Part shown: positions 10,061 through 18,343 of the stretch, in pieces
How positions within the stretch are numbered: the stretch's first letter is position 1
Layout: each line of letters starts with the position of its first letter
From: Candidatus Latescibacterota bacterium
GTDB lineage: Bacteria; Latescibacterota; UBA2968; UBA8231
DNA: 64,000 nt
Reading direction: 5' to 3'
Assembly: GCA_965200315.1 (NCBI GenBank)
Contig: OZ241362.1
Coordinates: 2,080,001-2,144,000 of the forward strand
Notes under the pieces: generated by a model
The model's database searches: none
What the model saw: the letters and a program-made list of their open reading frames with translations, nothing else
What the model was told of the DNA's origin: nothing
Made by a program: the position numbers and the translations under genes

Positions 10061-11716
10061 TTATTTTTTGACCGTTTCCTCAATGATAATGTGTTGATTG
10101 GCCGCCACATTTAAGAGGGTCTGTACCGAGCCGCTGGGCCAAAAAACTTGCAGTGAATCTACTTGAGTATGGCGACCCAAGCCCAGCGTTAGGCGCACGT
10201 CGCTGCTGCCCATGTATCCATAGCTGCGGCGGATTTCGCGCTTTTGCACGAGATCGCCCGCCACGGCCCGGATTTTGGTGCCGAGCGCGTCGCGATTGCT
10301 TTGGATGCCTACGGCTTCGACTGTCAGATGGTTATGACCGCTGTGGTCGTTGCGCAACAGCGTACAGTGCGGCGCAGCCGAATCCGAGACGAAGATGTCG
10401 CCGTCGCCGTCGTTGTCGTAATCACCCAACGCGGCACCGTGACTGACGCGCTCGACGAGCATCCCCGGGCCGCTATTGTTGCTTACGTCGGCAAAGGTTC
10501 CATCACCCTGATTGCGGAAGAGCTGGTTTTGCTGCGGATAAGTCGTGTCCGGGTCGAACTCGCGCACGTTTTCATCGAGATGGCCGTTGGTGACGAAAAC
10601 GTCGAGGAAGCCGTCGTTGTCGCTGTCGAAAAAGACCGCGGCCATGCCCAAGTAGGGCACGCTCGGTGCGCCGAGCTGAGCGGCAAACGTCAGGTCGCTG
10701 AAAAAGCCCCCGCCGTCGTTGTGGTAGAGCGTGTTGGGCAGCCACTGGAAGGTGGCGAGGATGATGTCGAGCTGGCCGTCGTTGTCGTAGTCGCCAAAGT
10801 CCGCGCCCATCGCAGACTCAGCGTATCCCTCCTCGTTGTACGCCACCCCGGCGATGATGCCGTGCTCGACAAAGGTGCCGTCGCCATTGTTGAGAAAGAG
10901 GAAATTGGGTTGGCGATCATTGGCAATGAATAGATCCGGGTCGCCATCGTCATCGCAGTCGCCAAACACCGCGGCCAGTTGTCGCCCCTCATTGCTGAAC
11001 AAGCCCGCCGCGCGCGTCACATTGGCAAACGCGAGGCTCCGACTCGAGCTCAGCCGAAAGTCGCCGTCGTTGCGATAGAGCACTCCGGCCTGGCCGGGGT
11101 ACGCGAGGGGACCACAGATGGAGCGCACTCCGCCTGTAAAGCACTCCTTGTTCGCGTCCAAGTCGAATTCCATGTAATTGGCCACGTAGAGATCCAAGTC
11201 GCCATCGCGGTCGTAGTCGGCAAAGGCCGCATGCGAGCCCCAACCTGGGTCGCCGAGATCCGTCCGATCCGTCGCATCGGCAAAGGTCCCGCCCTGCCCC
11301 TCGTTGTGATAGAGGACGTTGGGGCCGTAGTTGGTCACGTACAGATCGGGATTGCCATCGTTATCCACATCGCCGACCGCAGCTCCCATGCCGTACCCCG
11401 TGTCGCCAGTCTGCGTCGCCTCCGTAACATCTACAAAGGTGCCATCGCCCTCGTTGCGGTAGTGGGCATTAGTGCCGGGCGGACCGTCATAGCCGCGCAG
11501 GGCCGTGCCATTGACGATGTACAGGTCGAGGAAGCCGTCGCCATCGGCGTCGAAGAACGCCGCGCCCGAGCCGATAGCTTCGGGCATGTACTTCCGGCCG
11601 CTCGCACCGTTTACATAGCGGAAGTCAATGCCAGCGGCGCGGGTCACCTCGACGAAGTGGGGTGCGGACTGGGCGCTGACGCTAACTGCCACCAGTGAGA
11701 GGAGTAGCAAGATCAC
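10061..11716 (-). CDS. CRTAC1 family protein (FG-GAP repeats + ASPIC/UnbV)
   Basis: Signal peptide; repeated D-x-D-x-D-G-x-x-D motifs; C-terminal SNRDALGTKI...GLG...VFWPSG ASPIC/UnbV domain. Confidence 0.9.
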   Translation of the reverse strand: MILLLLSLVAVSVSAQSAPHFVEVTRAAGIDFRYVNGASGRKYMPEAIGSGAAFFDADGDGFLDLYIVNGTALRGYDGPPGTNAHYRNEGDGTFVDVTEATQTGDTGYGMGAAVGDVDNDGNPDLYVTNYGPNVLYHNEGQGGTFADATDRTDLGDPGWGSHAAFADYDRDGDLDLYVANYMEFDLDANKECFTGGVRSICGPLAYPGQAGVLYRNDGDFRLSSSRSLAFANVTRAAGLFSNEGRQLAAVFGDCDDDGDPDLFIANDRQPNFLFLNNGDGTFVEHGIIAGVAYNEEGYAESAMGADFGDYDNDGQLDIILATFQWLPNTLYHNDGGGFFSDLTFAAQLGAPSVPYLGMAAVFFDSDNDGFLDVFVTNGHLDENVREFDPDTTYPQQNQLFRNQGDGTFADVSNNSGPGMLVERVSHGAALGDYDNDGDGDIFVSDSAAPHCTLLRNDHSGHNHLTVEAVGIQSNRDALGTKIRAVAGDLVQKREIRRSYGYMGSSDVRLTLGLGRHTQVDSLQVFWPSGSVQTLLNVAANQHIIIEETVKK

Positions 11717-11718
11717 GG

Positions 11719-12921
11719 TTAGTCCTGCGTTTGGCTTGCGGCATTGAATTTGCGGGCCAAGGCTGCGCCGCGCTGTAAGCGGGCGTTGTCCGGCTCAAAG
11801 TACAGGCCCCGCTCATAGCTTGCCAACGCTGGGGCAAATGCTTCTTGCATCATCAGCGCATTGCCGAGCGCGAGATGTGCGAGCACGTACGTGGAGTCGA
11901 CGCGCAGGGCTTGACGGAACAGAGACATGGCTTCGGCCACTTGGCGGCGGCGCAAATACAGGTTGCCCAAGTTGTGGTACGAGGGCGCGAAATTGGGGTT
12001 GCGGTCTAGGGCCTGTAAATAGTACAGGCGCGCTTGATCGTACTGTCCGCGCTGGCCGTATAGCGCACCTATCTTGTGGTACAGCTCGGCCTTGTCGGGC
12101 GTGCGGATTAGGGTAGTGCGTAGGCTGACGAGGAGCTTTTCCTGCTTTTCCAGTTCGTTGTACAGGGCCAACTGGCGACGGCCCTCTTCCTCCTCGCCAC
12201 TGCGCAACAGGGCATTGCCGAGACTGAAGCGAGCCCGCGCAAAGAGCGAATCGAGCGCCACCGCGCGCTGTAATTCAACTATGGCCGCGGCGTATTCGCG
12301 GCGCTTGTACAAGGCCGTGCCGCGGCCATGGCGGTACTTGGCCACGGTCGAATCGGCCGCTAGGGCGCGGATGTATGCCGCTTCGGCGGCAGTGTAGTCA
12401 TTGAGCTTGAGATGGGCCTCGCCGAGGTTGTACCACGCCTCTCCGTAGTCGTCTTGCAGGGCGACAGCACGGCTATACGCCGCAACGGCCTGCTCGTACT
12501 GGGCTTGGCGAAAGTACAGCAGCCCAAGCGCCATCTGAGCCCAAGCGTAATCCGGAGTCGCGTGTGTGACTTCCTCTAACAGGACGAGGGCCTCGGCGTG
12601 GCGATTGAGGCGAGTCAACACAATGGCCAGTTCGGTCTGCGCCTTGGCGTAATCAGGTTGCAGCGCGATGGCCTGTTCGTAGGCTTCTAGGGCCTCGGTC
12701 ATCTTGCTGTCGCGTGTGTAAGCGTCGGCTAGGTTGCGGTGGGCTACCGCAGAGTTCGGATCGCGTTCTACGGCGCGTTTCGCGGCTTCTATGGCGGCCG
12801 CATAGGGGCCCTCGTGCAGGCGACTTGCGAGCACCGCATCGGTTGGACGCGGCTGGCGGTCGTTGGGAGGTTCCTGACAGGCGACTAGGACTAGAAGCGA
12901 TAGGTAGCAGAGTAGGGACAT
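11719..12921 (-). CDS. Tetratricopeptide repeat lipoprotein
   Basis: Probable start MSLLCYLSLLVLVAC (lipobox); multiple TPR units (AHRNLADAY, AWYNLGEAH, SYHNLGNLY). Confidence 0.85.
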   Translation of the reverse strand: MSLLCYLSLLVLVACQEPPNDRQPRPTDAVLASRLHEGPYAAAIEAAKRAVERDPNSAVAHRNLADAYTRDSKMTEALEAYEQAIALQPDYAKAQTELAIVLTRLNRHAEALVLLEEVTHATPDYAWAQMALGLLYFRQAQYEQAVAAYSRAVALQDDYGEAWYNLGEAHLKLNDYTAAEAAYIRALAADSTVAKYRHGRGTALYKRREYAAAIVELQRAVALDSLFARARFSLGNALLRSGEEEEGRRQLALYNELEKQEKLLVSLRTTLIRTPDKAELYHKIGALYGQRGQYDQARLYYLQALDRNPNFAPSYHNLGNLYLRRRQVAEAMSLFRQALRVDSTYVLAHLALGNALMMQEAFAPALASYERGLYFEPDNARLQRGAALARKFNAASQTQD

Positions 12922-13028
12922 CTTGAGGGTTGGGATAGGCTTTCCGGGAACATCCATGCGAATCTTGACTCATCCTTATCCTATAGAATATAGGACAATT
13001 TTTGGTATTCATAGATCGCCGGCATATT

Positions 13029-13449
13029 ATGATGAACAAAACAAGAAAAAATTTGAGTTTCGCAAAACATCCTTCCTCCATGAATATTCTTGGGTTCAAA
13101 GATGGAGATGAATGGTGTGCTTTAGGACTGGAAGTTGATATCCGAGGGTATGGGCACACATTTGAGGAAGCCTGCGCCGATCTTACTGATTTGATCACGT
13201 ATTCATATATGCTTTTCTATGTACAAAGAACAAATAGAACTCATCTTTCACCCTTCCGATCCCCAATTTTTCGACATTCTTAACATCATTAAAGATAAGC
13301 AACAACATAAACTCAATGATGATACAAAACACTATAGATCGAGTAAAATTTCCCTACGTGAGATAATCATAAAAATAGTTTCCAACCTCCAAGAGTTCGC
13401 TGACTATCAAAGGTTGAACGTCGAACATGGCGAAAACGTACTCCATTGA
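13029..13449 (+). pseudogene. HicB-like antitoxin, frameshifted near 13200
   Basis: AT-rich; ILGFKDGDEWCALGLEVDIRGYGHTFEEACADL (HicB-like) continues in another frame as MYKEQIELIFHPSDPQFF. Confidence 0.6.
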
Positions 13450-13660
13450 CGAACTCTTCAAATTGCTCAAAAACTACGACGAAAAATTTGAGTTTTATTA
13501 GAGAGGCAAAGGTAGCCATAGAACAATTTATCACCCTGATATAAATGGAGAAGCAAAATCCTTCCCTATCAAATATCATGGCGGCAGCACTGATGTCCTA
13601 TAAGGGACCCTCAGTGCCATAAAAAGACGATTTGAATTACCCGACGATCTATTTCACTAA
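13427..13660 (+). pseudogene. HicA-like toxin with two in-frame stops
   Basis: MAKTYSIDELFKLLKNYDEKFEFY*RGKGSHRTIYHPDINGEAKSFPIKYHGGSTDVL*GTLSAIKRRFELPDDLFH*; GSH motif; TAG 13499, TAA 13601. Confidence 0.75.
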
Positions 13661-13992
13661 AATCCACTTCTATCAGTTTCTAATCTCACGTAGATATGCG
13701 AGTTCAAGAGTACAAAGGCTCTAATTCACGTTCGCTCAATTCGATCTGTTGAGGACGTTTTTTCTTTGCTCTTTGAACTATCTCGCCGTTTGAGACAGCC
13801 TCAACAAACTCTTGCGTACGAAATGTAGGCCCCCCCGACAGGCCGCATACATGGCCATAAAACAGTGGTTGCTTTGGCGACGCTCGCATTTTTTGTACTT
13901 CCGGGTCGGTCTAGCCCCTAAAGGTTTCACTCATGGGTTGTACTCTATACAGTCGAACCCCGCACAGCCCCGTCTTCTCCTCTGAGCCGCTG

Positions 13993-14008
13993 TGGCATGG
14001 ATATTGCA
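13993..14008 (+). promoter_or_regulatory. Sigma54 (-24/-12) promoter candidate upstream of the Rpn gene
   Basis: TGGCATGGATATTGCA = TGGCA-N6-TTGCA with exact GG-N10-GC spacing. Confidence 0.55.
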
Positions 14009-14010
14009 AT

Positions 14011-14087
14011 GTCAATTAGGAATTAAGAATTGACCCAACCACCCCTTCCGGTTCGGACGGCTTGGTACGCTCTAATTCCTAATTGAC
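14011..14087. repeat. Perfect 15-bp inverted repeat built from AATT-containing heptamers
   Basis: GTCAATTAGGAATTA (14011-14025) and TAATTCCTAATTGAC (14073-14087). Confidence 0.8.
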
Positions 14088-14091
14088 CGCC

Positions 14092-15030
14092 ATGGCCGAA
14101 TTTGATACCATCCCCAAATACTTGATTCAACGCTATCCGGCTGATTTCGTCCGTTTCAGCCTCGGCCGCGACGACGTCGAAGTCTTAGACACGCTCGACA
14201 CTGAGCAACCCACCGTCGCCGCCCACCGCACTGATAGCCTGCTGCGCGTACGGCTCGGCGGCAAGAAGGTGTTGGTTCATACGGAGTTTCAAACCACCGA
14301 CCGCACTGACCCGCCCATGCCGCGGCGGATGGCCGGCTACATTGGGTGGCTTGTCGAGAAATACGGCCTGCCGGTGTATGCTATCGTGATCTACCTGCGG
14401 CCGGCGGCGGGCCGGCGCGATCCGGGGCACTATTCCCAAGAGCCGCCCGGCCACCGTATCTTAATTGAATACCAAGTGATCCGAATGAGCGAACAGGACG
14501 GCCAGCGCATCCTCGAATCGGGGGCTATGGGGCTGCTGCCGTTTGCGCCGTTGATGCAGCCATCGGCGGGGCAAACGGCAGAGGATTGGCTCCAAGTATG
14601 TGTGTGTGCGGTGCAGGCGCAGCCGCTGGACCGTTCGGCGAAGGCCGATTGTCTGGCCGGGATGTCGCTGCTGAGCGGGTTGGTGTACGCGCCGGAAACC
14701 ATTGCTACTATCCTTTCTCAGGAGGGGATCATGGACCTTATCCGCGAATCATCGTTTGCCCAATACCTGACCAAACAAGCCCGAGCGGAAGGCATTGAGC
14801 AGGGGCTGGAGCAAGGCCGAGAAGAAGGCCGAGAACATGGCGGCCGAGAACGCGCCATTGAAGATCTACTCGATGTGCTGGAGATTCGCTTTGCGCTGGC
14901 CGAGTCGGATCCATTAGCCGCTCGCATTGGAGCGATTGACGATGTGCAGCGCCTCAAGCAGTTGTTTCGGGCGGCCATACAGGTGCCCAGCCTCGAAGCC
15001 TTCAGACACCTGTTAGACGCCGACGAGTAG
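14092..15030 (+). CDS. Rpn family recombination-promoting nuclease / putative transposase (PD-(D/E)XK)
   Basis: ATG 14092; RTDSLL...LVHTEFQT...MPRRMAGY catalytic region; C-terminal EGIEQGLEQGREEG repeats and LEIRF helical domain. Confidence 0.85.
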   Translation: MAEFDTIPKYLIQRYPADFVRFSLGRDDVEVLDTLDTEQPTVAAHRTDSLLRVRLGGKKVLVHTEFQTTDRTDPPMPRRMAGYIGWLVEKYGLPVYAIVIYLRPAAGRRDPGHYSQEPPGHRILIEYQVIRMSEQDGQRILESGAMGLLPFAPLMQPSAGQTAEDWLQVCVCAVQAQPLDRSAKADCLAGMSLLSGLVYAPETIATILSQEGIMDLIRESSFAQYLTKQARAEGIEQGLEQGREEGREHGGRERAIEDLLDVLEIRFALAESDPLAARIGAIDDVQRLKQLFRAAIQVPSLEAFRHLLDADE

Positions 15031-15080
15031 GCCCGCCGTGTAACATCATCCTTGCCCTACCTGTCCTTGTGGAGATTCTC

Positions 15081-15276
15081 ATGACGACTACCGATTTGAT
15101 CACCGCCGACGAGTTGTTGCAGATGAAGGACGATGGCTTCCGCTACGAACAGGTCCGAGGGGGTCGCTCTGTACCACTCGCGCAGCGACATTCGCATCCT
15201 GACCACTGACGACATACTCGACGGCGGCGACGTGGTGCCGAACTGGATTCTGCCGGTGCGAGATATATTCATCTAA
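15081..15276 (+). pseudogene. Uma2 family endonuclease, internally deleted
   Basis: GGAG RBS then MTTTDLITADELLQMKDDGFRYEQVRG joined out of frame to VALYHSRSDIRILTTDDILDGGDVVPNWILPVRDIFI*; central catalytic core absent. Confidence 0.75.
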
Positions 15277-15282
15277 ATATCT

Positions 15283-16245
15283 CTACAACACCCCTCGATG
15301 CCCCCGGCGAACGGCCTCGCACAAACGCATGGTATGCACCGCGTCGTCCAAATTCGACCACGGCGTACGATCATCCAGAATGCAATCGACAAAGTGGACG
15401 ACCTCGTTGAAACCGGCCCCACCCATTGTTTCCATCTCCTCGTCCTCTACGGTAAAAGGCTCCCCCTTATCATACCCCTCCACCTGCGGCCCCCGGGTCA
15501 TATCCAGATAGATCGACAAATCTTCACCGTGTACTTCGGCCCGCTGAATGCGGTAACCAACTCCGTAGTGGCTCATCATGGTGCCGAAGGTGCCTGTATC
15601 GAAACGCACCACGGCGTTGTGCCGATGACACCCGGGCCGCTCGCCGTCTTGCACCATCCCCTGCACCTCCACCGGGATGGCCGCTTCCTCGGCGCTGCGG
15701 CCAGCCAGCCAGCGCAGCAAATCGACGTGGTGAATGGCGTCGCATATCACCGGATCGGGCGCTGCCGGCCCCAACAGGGTCACCGGCTTGTTATATGTGG
15801 CCGCGCAATGCACCGCGCCGCCAGCCGCGTGGATGCGCTGCCGTGCGGCTAGCATTTGGGGAAAGTAACGCCGATTAAAAGACACCAACGCCTTGCCTGC
15901 GCTCTGCTTTGCCGCTTGCGCCATTTGCGCGGTCTCAGCCGCGGTCATGCCCGGGGCTTTCTCCACCGAAGTGTGTAACCCGCGCTCCAAGCAATTGAGC
16001 ACGATGGGCAGCAAGTGGCCGGGCATGGTGACTACGTGAACTACGTCCGGCTGGCAGACATCGAGCATCTCCCGATAGTCGGCAAAGGCGCGTTCCGGCC
16101 CCCATTCGGCCAGATTTTTGTGCAGCCGCTCCTCGTCCAGCTCGGCAATGCCCACCAAGCGCAGGCGCGGCTCGTCGGCAATCATACGGAAGTGCGATTG
16201 GGCGTGGCCGCCGCAGCCGATGACCGCTACTTTCAAATCTGCCAT
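15283..16245 (-). CDS. Gfo/Idh/MocA family oxidoreductase
   Basis: KVAVIGCGGHA Rossmann motif, VEKAP, FNRRY, AIHHVD. Confidence 0.9.
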   Translation of the reverse strand: MADLKVAVIGCGGHAQSHFRMIADEPRLRLVGIAELDEERLHKNLAEWGPERAFADYREMLDVCQPDVVHVVTMPGHLLPIVLNCLERGLHTSVEKAPGMTAAETAQMAQAAKQSAGKALVSFNRRYFPQMLAARQRIHAAGGAVHCAATYNKPVTLLGPAAPDPVICDAIHHVDLLRWLAGRSAEEAAIPVEVQGMVQDGERPGCHRHNAVVRFDTGTFGTMMSHYGVGYRIQRAEVHGEDLSIYLDMTRGPQVEGYDKGEPFTVEDEEMETMGGAGFNEVVHFVDCILDDRTPWSNLDDAVHTMRLCEAVRRGHRGVL

Positions 16246-16339
16246 GGGATTTCCTTTCCAAAGGGTTGAGTGCCAAAGCCAAAAATAATCGTCAATATAC
16301 AGTGCCGCGTCCTCCTATGCTCGTTCTTCGTCGACAAAT

Positions 16340-16368
16340 TTGACAGGGGATTGTAGGGCCAGTATAGT
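16340..16368 (+). promoter_or_regulatory. Sigma70 promoter
   Basis: TTGACA-17 nt-TATAGT upstream of the gene at 16407. Confidence 0.65.
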
Positions 16369-16406
16369 GTTTCAGCTCGGTTCACGACATTCCAAAGGAT
16401 ATGCTC

Positions 16407-17024
16407 ATGCGCGTCATCGCCGTCGGCTGCGAATACTCGGGCGTCAGCACTCTCATCGATCAGGTTCATCAATGGGGGCTGAGTCGCGGAATTAGCCACC
16501 ATCTCGACGACCATTTTACCATACCCGACGCCTATCACCTCAGCGACGAAGAGCAGCTAGCCATGTTAGCCATGCTGCCAGCCATCAAGGAGCGCTTCCA
16601 GCGTTTCCAGGTCGTCTATCACGTGCGCTTGCTGCACCGCTACCGAGACATCTTGTTGGGCGGCTTCCACATCGAGGAAAAGGTGTACGGCCCCCAATAC
16701 TATTACCGAGGCATCGACATCGACATCCGCGAATACGAGCCAGACATGCCCGACGACACCCTGCTCGTCCACCTGTACGCCGCGCCCGAAACAATCCGTG
16801 CTCGCATGGCCGCAGCCCCACATCCGCATTCGTTGGTCCCCGACGCAGACGTTCCAGAAATTCTAGATCGCTTCGAGCAAGAGGTGCGGGCCTCTTGGAT
16901 CGGCCGCAAATTCGCCATTGACACGACCGATCTAACGCCGGCTCAACTCCTCGAAACCTTCCTCAACCGCTCCATCCCCCACCTCAGCCCTGAAGACGCC
17001 GCCACGCGGCTGTTGGCCGGCTAG
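16407..17024 (+). CDS. Hypothetical protein with degenerate P-loop (NMP kinase-like fold)
   Basis: MRVIAVGCEYSGVSTL resembles Walker A without the Lys; LVHLYAAPETIRARM and IDTTDLTP resemble NMP kinase elements. Confidence 0.6.
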   Translation: MRVIAVGCEYSGVSTLIDQVHQWGLSRGISHHLDDHFTIPDAYHLSDEEQLAMLAMLPAIKERFQRFQVVYHVRLLHRYRDILLGGFHIEEKVYGPQYYYRGIDIDIREYEPDMPDDTLLVHLYAAPETIRARMAAAPHPHSLVPDADVPEILDRFEQEVRASWIGRKFAIDTTDLTPAQLLETFLNRSIPHLSPEDAATRLLAG

Positions 17025-17059
17025 CAACAACCACCAATCACAACACGTGGAGCACGGAA

Positions 17060-18343
17060 ATGGCAGATTCGCGAAGGGACTTTTTTAGAAAGGCGGGCAA
17101 CCTCACGCTCGGCGCGGCCGCGGTGTCCATCTGGGCCTCCGACAGCCGGCAAAAGGTCCACGCGGCCACTGAACGCCTCGGCCAAGCCTCGCCAGAGGCC
17201 AGTGCATTGGACGAACAATTCTGGTACAGCGTGCGCGGGGCGTTTAATTTGTCGCCCCAGTTTATCAACTTCGAGAACGGATACTTTAGTCCGCAGCCAG
17301 AAGCTGGGATCGACGAGGTGTGCAAAAACGCCCGCGCCATCAACGAGATTCCCTCGTTTTACATGCGGCGCAAACTGGTAGACGACACCCGCGAGATACA
17401 TCAATTGCTAGCGCACTTTGCCGGTTGCTCGGACGAAGAAATCCTCCTGACGCGCAACACGACTGAATCGCTCAACATCGTCATCATGGGGCTGAAGCTG
17501 CAACCCGGGGACGAGGCTTTGTGGGGAACCTACGAGTACGGCAGCATGAAGGTCGCGTTTGAGCAGCGCGCCGCCCGCGAAGGCATCGTCAACAAGGTGC
17601 TCGACCTGCCCATCACCTCCTTGGACAACGACGAGATCGTTGCGGCCTACAAAAAGGCCATTACGCCGCGCACCAAGGTAATTCTCGTCTCCCACATCGT
17701 CTATTTAACCGGCCAAGTGCTGCCCGTGCGCGCAATCTGCGACATGGCCCACGAGCAGGGAGTGGAAGTTATCGTCGATGGGGCCCACTCCTTTGCCCAC
17801 CTAGCCGACAAAATTCCCGACTTACACTGCGATTACTATGGAGCGAGTTTGCACAAGTGGATGTTGGCACCGCTGGGTACGGGCATCCTGTACATCAAAA
17901 AAGAGAACATCGAGAAAGTGTGGCCGCTGTTCGGCGACGGTGGGTACGCCTCGGACTCGATCCACAAGTTCGCCCACATCGGCACGTATCCAGCCTACTT
18001 GCAACTGGCCTTGGCCGAGGCCATTCGCTTTAACCAAACCATCGGCTTGGAGCGCAAAGAAGCGCGCTTGCGCTACATCAAAAACTACTGGGTCGATCGC
18101 CTGAGCGACGCGCCCAACATCGTCTTCTACACGCCCCGCGAGGCCCACCGCTCGTGTGCCATTTCCACTGTTGGCATCAAGGGGCAAGAGCCTGCGGACG
18201 TTACCAACGCCCTATACGACAAATACAAGATCTTCACCGTGCCGCCGGGTTATCCCGGGGCGGTGCGCATTTGTCCGAACATATACACAATACCCTACGA
18301 GTTGGATATGTTCGTCGCAGCCATGAAAGAGTTGGCCGCCTAG
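17060..18343 (+). CDS. Class V PLP-dependent aminotransferase (cysteine desulfurase/isopenicillin N epimerase-like) with Tat signal
   Basis: SRRDFFRKA twin-arginine signal; TRNTTE, VDGAHSFAH and SLHKW (PLP Lys) motifs. Confidence 0.85.
   Translation: MADSRRDFFRKAGNLTLGAAAVSIWASDSRQKVHAATERLGQASPEASALDEQFWYSVRGAFNLSPQFINFENGYFSPQPEAGIDEVCKNARAINEIPSFYMRRKLVDDTREIHQLLAHFAGCSDEEILLTRNTTESLNIVIMGLKLQPGDEALWGTYEYGSMKVAFEQRAAREGIVNKVLDLPITSLDNDEIVAAYKKAITPRTKVILVSHIVYLTGQVLPVRAICDMAHEQGVEVIVDGAHSFAHLADKIPDLHCDYYGASLHKWMLAPLGTGILYIKKENIEKVWPLFGDGGYASDSIHKFAHIGTYPAYLQLALAEAIRFNQTIGLERKEARLRYIKNYWVDRLSDAPNIVFYTPREAHRSCAISTVGIKGQEPADVTNALYDKYKIFTVPPGYPGAVRICPNIYTIPYELDMFVAAMKELAA

Noticed and set aside
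13427-13660. Stop-codon readthrough or alternative genetic code in the HicA-like frame
   Set aside because: Two different stops (TAG and TAA) occur, both are used as normal stops elsewhere, and the partner gene is also broken.
13704-13935. Short minus-strand ORF fragments
   Set aside because: No motif and interrupted by stops; not supportable.
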